Shown here piece after piece: positions 16,384-23,252 of a stretch of 30,691 nucleotides of DNA. Under the pieces are notes generated by a model, which saw only the letters and a list, made by a program, of their open reading frames with translations, was not told the origin of the DNA and searched no databases. The stretch is from a virus (Duplodnaviria > Caudoviricetes). The position numbers and the translations under genes were made by a program. The stretch spans positions 1 through 30,691 of IMG/VR virus record IMGVR_UViG_3300022670_001121; one strand, 5' to 3'. The number at the start of each line of letters is the position of its first letter. The stretch's first letter is position 1.

Positions 16384-16758
16384 ATGGAAAAGAAATTCAT
16401 AAACAGCCTTGAGAATACTCTGGCCCGGTTTGAAAGTGATAAAGTAGGGCTGAAGCCGGAATTTACAGAAGAACAGCTGAAAATAATTGAGCCTTTAACA
16501 TTCGGTTATACAAAAGCTCTGAAACTGCTTAAGGAATATTCTGAAAGACAGACAAACACCCTGTCCGGTGCCAAAGGATACCAGGGCAGCGTTGCTTTGG
16601 ATGATGATACAAAGGAATATTACGGCAGAATTATAGGCCTGAGCGATGAATTATCCTACACAGGCAAAACCATGCCTGAATTAGCCGGAAACTTTCATAA
16701 GGCTGTGGATGATTATCTTCAGTCATGTGGAAAAATAGGAAAGGAGCCTGAGAAATGA
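16384..16758 (+). CDS. HicB-like antitoxin domain protein (no DNA-binding domain, N-terminal extension)
   Basis: C-terminal half KGYQGSVALDDDTKEYYGRIIGLSDELSYTGKTMPELAGNFHKAVDDYLQSCGKIGKEPEK matches the HicB partial RNase H fold. Confidence 0.8.
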   Translation: MEKKFINSLENTLARFESDKVGLKPEFTEEQLKIIEPLTFGYTKALKLLKEYSERQTNTLSGAKGYQGSVALDDDTKEYYGRIIGLSDELSYTGKTMPELAGNFHKAVDDYLQSCGKIGKEPEK

Positions 16759-17183
16759 GCGAACACGACGAACAGGTGGCTTTCTTTGACTGGCTCAGGC
16801 TGAACATTAAAAGGTTACAGCCTGTCGCCGTCAATAACTGTTCTGTTCCAAGTCCCAACCCTGAGTTACTAAAGGCTTTGGATTTGTGTTATGCAGTACC
16901 GAATGGAGGACAAAGACATATAATGATAGCAGTAAAGTTGAAAAGAGCGGGTGTAGTAAGAGGCTTTCCGGATATTAATTTAGATTACCCCAGCAGAGAT
17001 TGGCATGGACTGAGAATGGAAATGAAGTTCGGGACTAATACACTAACCGGATATCAACAACGTAAAAAAGAACTGCTTGAATCAGTAGGCTTTAAATATA
17101 AACTATGTTATCAAGACAGAACAGCTATTGAAACTATAATAAACTATCTGCCTTTCAAGAGGCAGGATTATGTGGGGGTTTAA
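16755..17183 (+). CDS. VRR-NUC domain nuclease (putative Holliday junction resolvase)
   Basis: SEHDEQ, YAVPNGGQR, LKRAGVVRGFPDI, GLRMEMK and LTGYQ motifs. Confidence 0.9.
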   Translation: MSEHDEQVAFFDWLRLNIKRLQPVAVNNCSVPSPNPELLKALDLCYAVPNGGQRHIMIAVKLKRAGVVRGFPDINLDYPSRDWHGLRMEMKFGTNTLTGYQQRKKELLESVGFKYKLCYQDRTAIETIINYLPFKRQDYVGV

Positions 17184-17392
17184 TGAATAAAGAATTAGAA
17201 TTAATAATGCGGCCTATAGATGAATTTTTCCAAGATATTGTAGAAATAATTTCTCCAACCTTATCTCCTTCTTCAGAGGAAGATTTAATCAGCGCATATA
17301 ATAAATATATTGATTTCAAAAAAGATATCGCTAAAAAATTGGAAAAGTTACAAAAGTCCCAAAGGCCTGATCATCCATTGAACGTAGCATAA
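17183..17392 (+). CDS. Hypothetical phage protein
   Basis: 69 aa, TAATG coupling. The 3' end overlaps the convergent late-strand gene. Confidence 0.55.
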   Translation: MNKELELIMRPIDEFFQDIVEIISPTLSPSSEEDLISAYNKYIDFKKDIAKKLEKLQKSQRPDHPLNVA

Positions 17393-18259
17393 GAACTGCT
17401 GACTGCCCATATTCATCTGTTCCAGATAGTCAGAGGTGTCCACACTGGAAGTGATGATTCTGGTACCACAGCCGTATTTCATACCACTGCTCCATTTTTC
17501 TACATTCAGACCGAACATGAAAGCGGCGGAATCAGTCAGTTCTCTGTCTTCGGATTTCCTGGCGTTAGGATAGGCCTTATAATCAACTTCCTTATATTCA
17601 AGTTTCACTTCATTTCTACCTATTCCCACTTGGAAAGTCCAATGCCAGGGATCACTGATCTGACCGTTGAAAGTAACATACGGCAGAAGCAGAGAATAAT
17701 CACCTTTGGTCACATTCCCCGGAAAAAAAAGAACATCACCGCTGTTATCCTTAATCACATCAAAGTCTCTCGCTCCACTCAGACTGAACTGCTGCCATAA
17801 TACCCCGAATCCCATATTCGGGCTGACATAATATTCCCAGGCCGCACCGTTGAAAAATATCGCGTCGGGGGCTTTGGGAGCATTGAAATAAGCGGAGTCG
17901 GCTTTCAGAAAACCCATAATCTCCACTCTGAGCTGATGTTTGGTCTGTACAAGAGAGGTTACGGCCATGTCAGCATTCTCCTGCTGATTTTTACCGAACA
18001 ATCCACCAAGACCTAAAACAACATTGTTATTGCCTGTTATCCCGTTTCTGAGGTTATATTCCTGTTTGTTTATTTCCAGGTCTCTCGCCTTCAATTCCAG
18101 TGCTTTCTGTCTAGCCACCTGCTTCGCCTTATATCTGCATGTCTCTTTAGTATCCCCTGTTCCCCACCAAGGAGTATTTTTATTGAAACAGGCTGCCTGA
18201 ATATCAGGTGTAATAAACATCAGCAGCAGAAAAAATATAAAATAACTTCCGATTTTCAT
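17348..18259 (-). CDS. Exported protein, probable 8-stranded outer-membrane beta-barrel
   Basis: Signal peptide MKIGSYFIFFLLLMFITPDIQA-A and AGGAG RBS. Eight amphipathic aromatic-rich strands: QLRVEIMGF, GAAWEYYV, MGFGVLWQQF, LLLPYVTFNGQI, WHWTFQVGIG, FMFGLNVEKW, MKYGCGTRII, QFLCYVQWMI. Confidence 0.62.
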   Translation of the reverse strand: MKIGSYFIFFLLLMFITPDIQAACFNKNTPWWGTGDTKETCRYKAKQVARQKALELKARDLEINKQEYNLRNGITGNNNVVLGLGGLFGKNQQENADMAVTSLVQTKHQLRVEIMGFLKADSAYFNAPKAPDAIFFNGAAWEYYVSPNMGFGVLWQQFSLSGARDFDVIKDNSGDVLFFPGNVTKGDYSLLLPYVTFNGQISDPWHWTFQVGIGRNEVKLEYKEVDYKAYPNARKSEDRELTDSAAFMFGLNVEKWSSGMKYGCGTRIITSSVDTSDYLEQMNMGSQQFLCYVQWMIRPLGLL

Positions 18260-18268
18260 TGAACACTC

Positions 18269-18592
18269 CTAAACAACAGATGATTGGTGATAAGCAGGCT
18301 GAATATGACGGCTTCCGGCATGTTTTTTCACTTCGTAAAAGATAGTGAAAAACACTACCATGTAAAACGAAGAAATGGAAAAAATAATAACAGTTGTAAA
18401 TACCCAGCGTTTGAAACTATCACGCCCCGGTCTCGGAAACTGACGATCACACAGGCGATATAGCAACAGACAGACGGCTAACAAAGCGAAGAGTACAACA
18501 ATCAATCCGAAGTTTGCTTTCAGCAGATTAGCGATTGTATAGTACCCATACCAATTAGCAATAGTTGTGAATACTGAAAATATCAGTTCCAT
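18269..18592 (-). CDS. Small integral membrane protein (2-3 TM)
   Basis: 107 aa with AAGGA RBS, two clear hydrophobic helices and a basic loop. Confidence 0.7.
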   Translation of the reverse strand: MELIFSVFTTIANWYGYYTIANLLKANFGLIVVLFALLAVCLLLYRLCDRQFPRPGRDSFKRWVFTTVIIFSISSFYMVVFFTIFYEVKKHAGSRHIQPAYHQSSVV

Positions 18593-18605
18593 AAGTTCCT
18601 TTAAA

Positions 18606-19118
18606 TTACACCCAGTTCTTTATGTGCCAGGGAAAAATACTGTCAAGCAGAAGATGAGTGACAATACCGAAAGAAAGTCCGGTCAGTATAAACGGAATTA
18701 CTGTCTCACTGAACTCAGGTACGAAAGTCAGAATAAATCCCGGAATAAACGGAAGAATGTAATGATAATTAAGCAGCAGAGCGAATCCGTATTTATGAGT
18801 AATGCCCCGATGTTTGATCCAGCCGCTTTGAAGCAGCAGCGATAAAAGACCAAGACAGCCGGCCGGCATTAATAACTGTTCCTGTCCATATGAAACCGCG
18901 CTTATCAGACAGAATAGGACAAACACAGCCCCCAGTCTGCCGAACCATTTACGGGGAGTTGAAGCTATATCCAGATCGGGCAGTTGGGCTCCGATCCAGG
19001 TTCCGGCCGCGACAGCTGACGCTGCCCCCCAATTTTCGTAATCCGTTAAGAACAGACAGCCTGCTCCGGCTATGAAAGCGGCAGTCGTGCCTCCGATCAG
19101 ATGACCTCTGAAATTCAT
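18606..19118 (-). CDS. Membrane-bound metal-dependent hydrolase (YdjM/DUF457-like)
   Basis: N-terminal GH, LPDLD, HRGITH and THLLLD motifs separated by hydrophobic helices. Confidence 0.9.
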   Translation of the reverse strand: MNFRGHLIGGTTAAFIAGAGCLFLTDYENWGAASAVAAGTWIGAQLPDLDIASTPRKWFGRLGAVFVLFCLISAVSYGQEQLLMPAGCLGLLSLLLQSGWIKHRGITHKYGFALLLNYHYILPFIPGFILTFVPEFSETVIPFILTGLSFGIVTHLLLDSIFPWHIKNWV

Positions 19119-19120
19119 AA

Positions 19121-19618
19121 TTAAAATACCTCCTGTTTTTTATGACAGCTTCTCATCAGTCTCTTTTTCTTCAATCTGACCTGCTTGAAATAAAGCAGCT
19201 GACTATTCATCACCCAGGAGCGGTTTTTATGCAGAACCAGTTTATTAGCTCCTTTCTCTGTGGAAGCATCAAATTCCGCGTCGGGACCATACCCTCCTTT
19301 GATTACAAACAGAGTACCACTGAACCAGGCGTATCCGTCTTTATGATTCTCTATCTTCAATCCCGGCCAGACGACCTGGAGCAGAAGTTTAGTAACAGAC
19401 GGCCTTAACTCATAACGTGATCTCTGATCTCCTAAAGGAGAGCGATAATAATATTTAAGAGAGGTAGGGGACTTATCCGCTAAGGGATCATCTTTCCCGA
19501 TATCGTAGATACAGACTTTATCTCCGGGCAGAAATACAGTATCCCATTTCAGACGGTTTGCCGCTGATGCAGAGCTGTATAATACCAGAAGTATGACTGT
19601 AAGAATGAATTTCCTCAT
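19121..19618 (-). CDS. Secreted/periplasmic protein of unknown function
   Basis: Sec signal MRKFILTVILLVLYSSASA-A. Basic mature domain with two Cys. Confidence 0.72.
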   Translation of the reverse strand: MRKFILTVILLVLYSSASAANRLKWDTVFLPGDKVCIYDIGKDDPLADKSPTSLKYYYRSPLGDQRSRYELRPSVTKLLLQVVWPGLKIENHKDGYAWFSGTLFVIKGGYGPDAEFDASTEKGANKLVLHKNRSWVMNSQLLYFKQVRLKKKRLMRSCHKKQEVF

Positions 19619-19622
19619 GATT

Positions 19623-20123
19623 TTATTTTCCGAACACGAATTCCTTTGTTAAAAAAGCGGCCGCCAGCATAATCATCAGTACCGGAATATGGATCATCAT
19701 ATTTCCGTATAATTCATTGGCCCACCCGAAAGGATGGCAGGCTATAGTGGAGTCAATAAACTGTAATGAATAAAAACCATATCCCTGATATGCCAGATAA
19801 TGAGTAGATACCCCTATCCCCAATAACCGCAGTATTTTCAGTATAGTCAGCCGGATAGTAATGAATATCCAGGCACAGATACCGATTATAAACAGCAGCA
19901 GACAATAATAAATCGGAGATGTATAACTGATTTTCCCTTCACAATTACTTCCTATAAACGACAAAGCTATTCCTGAAAGTCCCGCGAAAAAAAGCGCAAA
20001 GCCGAAAGTGAAATGGGATTCCACAAACTGCGCTGAACCGCATTGAGTTTTATAAAGAGTTTCATTCCATCTTCTGATTCTTTCCCATCTGCCGGATTCT
20101 CCGATAGCCTGGACTTGCTCCAT
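19623..20123 (-). CDS. Four-TM integral membrane protein
   Basis: 166 aa with four hydrophobic segments, AGGAGG RBS and TGATG coupling. Confidence 0.75.
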   Translation of the reverse strand: MEQVQAIGESGRWERIRRWNETLYKTQCGSAQFVESHFTFGFALFFAGLSGIALSFIGSNCEGKISYTSPIYYCLLLFIIGICAWIFITIRLTILKILRLLGIGVSTHYLAYQGYGFYSLQFIDSTIACHPFGWANELYGNMMIHIPVLMIMLAAAFLTKEFVFGK

Positions 20124-20941
20124 CAGTCCTCCTGATAAGGATTATGGGGCCGCAGTACACAGAGAAATCCTAACTGCGGAGATTCATAACCATCATCCTC
20201 ATAGCGTAATTCCGTACTTGCATGCTCATAAAGCCTGTAATTATCACCATTCAGAAACCCGTTACCTTCCGGAGTTGATGTCCACAAAGGAAAGCCGGCC
20301 TGGATATCAAGCCTCAGATTAGGTTTAAGTCTGTCTCCTATTCTACCGAACGATGAGGAATTCTGTTCTGCCGTCAGGCCCGCGTAATAATCCGCCAGTT
20401 TCAATTCATTATAACTGGGAAGATCATATCCGGGACCTAAAGCGGCGCATCTCTGCGCGGCCTCACCCTGTTCTATATCGGTGATTGTATCCCATACACC
20501 CAATAAGTCCTCACTTGCGTATGTTGTCTGAATCAGAAAGCCATAACCTAACTTTTCGCCGACATTCCATAGATTAGGGCCGGATAATTCATGCCTGCCT
20601 GTCCCTACCATTGTCAGATACTGCAGATTAGTCGTTGAAAAAATTTCCGTCCAATCTATCGACAGAACATTCCTGGCGAATCTGAAACTATTGACTCCGA
20701 TACCTATCTCCTTGAATTCAGTCTCATTATTACGTTTCATATCCGGGAACAGATAAGCGCACAATACTACTATTAAGAACACAATCAAAGTGAAGATAAA
20801 CCATCCTTTTACAAAAAGCGAGGCAAAAGAAATCCATACATTCTCCGTCAGGCTGACGGCCCGAAGGTCTCCGGTATTCTCAGTATAAACAGAGGTATAT
20901 TCATCTTCTGTAGTATTAGGATCACCGGCTGATAAGCGCAT
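20123..20941 (-). CDS. Membrane-anchored FGE-sulfatase/C-type-lectin-fold protein
   Basis: Start reassigned to ATG 20941 (AAGGAGG RBS). TM helix WFIFTLIVFLIVVLCAYLF, then EAAQRCAALGPGYDLPSYNEL, LWTST and terminal LGFLCV, matching the EA-x3-C...LP-x3-E...W...GFRCV pattern of FGE/DUF1566-type domains. Confidence 0.7.
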   Translation of the reverse strand: MRLSAGDPNTTEDEYTSVYTENTGDLRAVSLTENVWISFASLFVKGWFIFTLIVFLIVVLCAYLFPDMKRNNETEFKEIGIGVNSFRFARNVLSIDWTEIFSTTNLQYLTMVGTGRHELSGPNLWNVGEKLGYGFLIQTTYASEDLLGVWDTITDIEQGEAAQRCAALGPGYDLPSYNELKLADYYAGLTAEQNSSSFGRIGDRLKPNLRLDIQAGFPLWTSTPEGNGFLNGDNYRLYEHASTELRYEDDGYESPQLGFLCVLRPHNPYQED

Positions 20942-22271
20942 TGACGTCCTCCTTGAATTCTGTTGAAGATTCTTTGAAAATTTTTCCGTAACCGCTGTTG
21001 GTACCCGCCTTCTCAGCAGCCTCGGAAGTATCATTAGCAACAATAGAGTCGATAGGCTGACATTCCAGGCGGTGATATCTGATCAGAGGATTGTTCTTCT
21101 GTGCCAGCCTGACAATCTGTGAAATTCTTTTATTATAATAAAAATAAGCAGCGTTCTGTTGGGTTACTTTATCCGCTTCAGCGTCCAGTTTATACAGTTC
21201 AGCGGCAGCGGGAGAATTTATCTTGACCGGAATTCCTATCGAAGTAATCTCAATCTCATCAATATTTTCCGAAAGCAGAAGCCCCATAGAATCATTTTTC
21301 TCAGGCGGCGACAGAAATACTCCTCCGATTTCTGCGGTGTTTTTCTGAGCGAATATCATTTTAGTGACAGCCGCATCCTCACAGGCAGTCCATAGTTCAA
21401 CTTCCGGGTGAGTTTTATTATAATACTGAGTAATACTCATATCAGCCTGGATAGCTGAAATAAAAAGTTCTGTCTGTACGTCTTTCATCCGCAGCACAAC
21501 CTTACCGTTCATAAAAAGTTTCTGAAGAGCTTTGCGGGCCTGTCCGGCATGAAATCCGGTCAGATTACGCTTCACCCTTTTTACAACCATTCTCTGAAAA
21601 CTGCGTAATACTCCGGGAGTATGTACTTCCCGCCAGTCGGTCAGCCACCATTCATTCAGTCTGTCGATAGAAATCCCGACCGCAAGTGCAGCGGCAATAT
21701 TAGCCCCATCGCCCTGGCCTGTAATTCTGCTGTAATACTCATGGAGAGGAGCCTTTAGTTCAAAACGCAGCTGTCTGGCCTTCTGAATCATACCTAAAGC
21801 CCCGGCCCAACTTCCGGCATTATCGAAAGTCAGTACTCTGCTTCCGGATAAATCCGGATGAGCCAAAGTCTGGCTTCTTATTTTGCGGACTGAATTATAA
21901 AGTTCGATTCTTTTCTTCTGTCTGCCGAGAATATCAGCAAACCGGGATTTGTAAGTAACGGGCGACGGGGGAACAACGTCTGGAATTGACAGCAGTTCCG
22001 GCTCTTCATCCGTTTTTTCTTCCGGCTGGGGAATCTCGTCAACCTCTTCATAAGTACTGAGTGTTACAAAATTGTTCGGCTGAGGCGGCTTAAACTTCCA
22101 ATAGATTTTATATTCATCATTCTTTATGTGAATAAGCCCATGTATGGTATCATCATCAGTGATACTGACGACATCTCCAAGCCCTCTGCCTTTCAGACCG
22201 GGCAGGATAAGGGACTGGAACCCGAAATTGGAAACCTGACATCTGGTTTCAGTTAATAAATTTCTCTCCAT
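20922..22271 (-). CDS. Patatin-like phospholipase-fold protein with degenerate catalytic motifs
   Basis: RVLTFDNAGSWAG (cf. ILSLDGGGxRG), YSRITGQGDGANIAAALAVG (cf. FDLIAGTSTGxIIA), LWTACEDAAV (cf. lw.a.rASsAAP), ITSIG and YHRL. Extra N-terminal domain of about 140 aa including an acidic Pro-rich linker. Confidence 0.75.
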   Translation of the reverse strand: MERNLLTETRCQVSNFGFQSLILPGLKGRGLGDVVSITDDDTIHGLIHIKNDEYKIYWKFKPPQPNNFVTLSTYEEVDEIPQPEEKTDEEPELLSIPDVVPPSPVTYKSRFADILGRQKKRIELYNSVRKIRSQTLAHPDLSGSRVLTFDNAGSWAGALGMIQKARQLRFELKAPLHEYYSRITGQGDGANIAAALAVGISIDRLNEWWLTDWREVHTPGVLRSFQRMVVKRVKRNLTGFHAGQARKALQKLFMNGKVVLRMKDVQTELFISAIQADMSITQYYNKTHPEVELWTACEDAAVTKMIFAQKNTAEIGGVFLSPPEKNDSMGLLLSENIDEIEITSIGIPVKINSPAAAELYKLDAEADKVTQQNAAYFYYNKRISQIVRLAQKNNPLIRYHRLECQPIDSIVANDTSEAAEKAGTNSGYGKIFKESSTEFKEDVNALISR

Positions 22272-22737
22272 TTTGCTTTTCCTCTTCTTTTGTTGGCAGT
22301 AAGTTATCTACAGGCCGTACAATTAATGATTTTTCAGTTTTAGGAAGCAGTTCCTTCTGATAAAAATCCAGAAAATTCAGTTTCGACAGATGAGTATCCT
22401 CCAGCCACAGAACATCCTCTTCTTTCCATCTCAACAGAAGTCCCGGTGAAGACTGCATTCTGGTCCGGATCAGGTATAATTGAGTATTAACAGCTATATG
22501 AAAATAGCCGGGAGCTGATTTCTCAAGATGGTCCAGCATCTCCTTCATATTCAAAGGCTTCAATCCTTTGTAGGCATTCATTGAAACCAGTTTATCATGT
22601 TCTACAAACCACTCTGTATCCGAATCGAAAAGGGAAAAACGGAAAGCATTATCCAAAACATGCAGCATCCAGAATTTTTTCGTATCTACGGCTTCCGGTT
22701 TAAGAGAAAGCGGTCTGAATAATCCTGTCTTTTTCAT
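22249..22737 (-). CDS. Hypothetical soluble protein, first gene of the envelope cassette
   Basis: Likely ATG 22737, 4 nt after the chaperone stop. Overlaps the patatin-like start. No motif recognised. Confidence 0.68.
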   Translation of the reverse strand: MKKTGLFRPLSLKPEAVDTKKFWMLHVLDNAFRFSLFDSDTEWFVEHDKLVSMNAYKGLKPLNMKEMLDHLEKSAPGYFHIAVNTQLYLIRTRMQSSPGLLLRWKEEDVLWLEDTHLSKLNFLDFYQKELLPKTEKSLIVRPVDNLLPTKEEEKQNGEKFIN

Positions 22738-22741
22738 TATT

Positions 22742-23041
22742 CTATCCGGGGTAAATCTCAAAAAAGGAACAGTCGGCCGGCCAGGTTACAATATCCGTGT
22801 AAGACGAATAAGTAACAGTCATATCCAACATGGCTGTACGCCATGTGGTAAATTCCGTCTGTTCAGCTGTTGTCAGATCAGTCCAGGGGCCCTGCAGCTG
22901 ATATTGATCATAAAATTCAAATCTTTTCTTACGTTCAGGGCGCAGAAACTCATCATGCCAGACCGATACATCCGCTGTCCAGGCATCAATTTTTATCTGC
23001 TGTGCGGCTGAGACAAGATTATCATCAATTATAATATTCAT
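22742..23041 (-). CDS. Tail fibre assembly chaperone
   Basis: TTWRTAMLDMT...DIVTWP resembles the W/Y-R-x-x-L-x-D...I-x-W-P motif of phage tail assembly chaperones. Follows the tail fibre. Confidence 0.72.
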   Translation of the reverse strand: MNIIIDDNLVSAAQQIKIDAWTADVSVWHDEFLRPERKKRFEFYDQYQLQGPWTDLTTAEQTEFTTWRTAMLDMTVTYSSYTDIVTWPADCSFFEIYPG

Positions 23042-23044
23042 ATT

Positions 23045-23251
23045 CTATGCTCCGGTTCCATCAGGAGCTCCTTCTGTCCCATCCAGTTTCCATTTATCCC
23101 TTTTTACTGTATCCGAAGGCAATTCTGTATCTTCAATTATCCAATAAGGTAACCCCGCAGGAACATCTTTGTCCGCCGCTGCTTGTAAATCACCGGGAGC
23201 GTTAAGAATCCCGAGCGTATTATCCGTCCTTTTATAAATAACTATCTGCAT
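23045..23251 (-). CDS. Small tail-fibre-associated protein
   Basis: AADKDVPAGLPYWII...LPSD...RDKW...PDGTG, a pattern typical of small genes following phage tail fibres. Confidence 0.72.
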   Translation of the reverse strand: MQIVIYKRTDNTLGILNAPGDLQAAADKDVPAGLPYWIIEDTELPSDTVKRDKWKLDGTEGAPDGTGA

Positions 23252-23252
23252 T

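Noticed and set aside
16262-16384. 40-codon ORF upstream of the HicB-like gene as the HicA toxin
   Set aside because: Too short and lacks the HicA G-S-H motif. It may be a real small ORF (coupled at both ends) but is not supportable as a toxin.
18269-18592. Holin call for the small membrane protein
   Set aside because: Size and TM count are compatible, but there is no adjacent endolysin and no family motif, so it cannot be supported beyond 'membrane protein'.
20922-22271. Active CBASS system (CapV plus CD-NTase)
   Set aside because: The patatin lacks its catalytic Ser, and no nucleotidyltransferase motif (GS...DxD) is evident in neighbouring ORFs.
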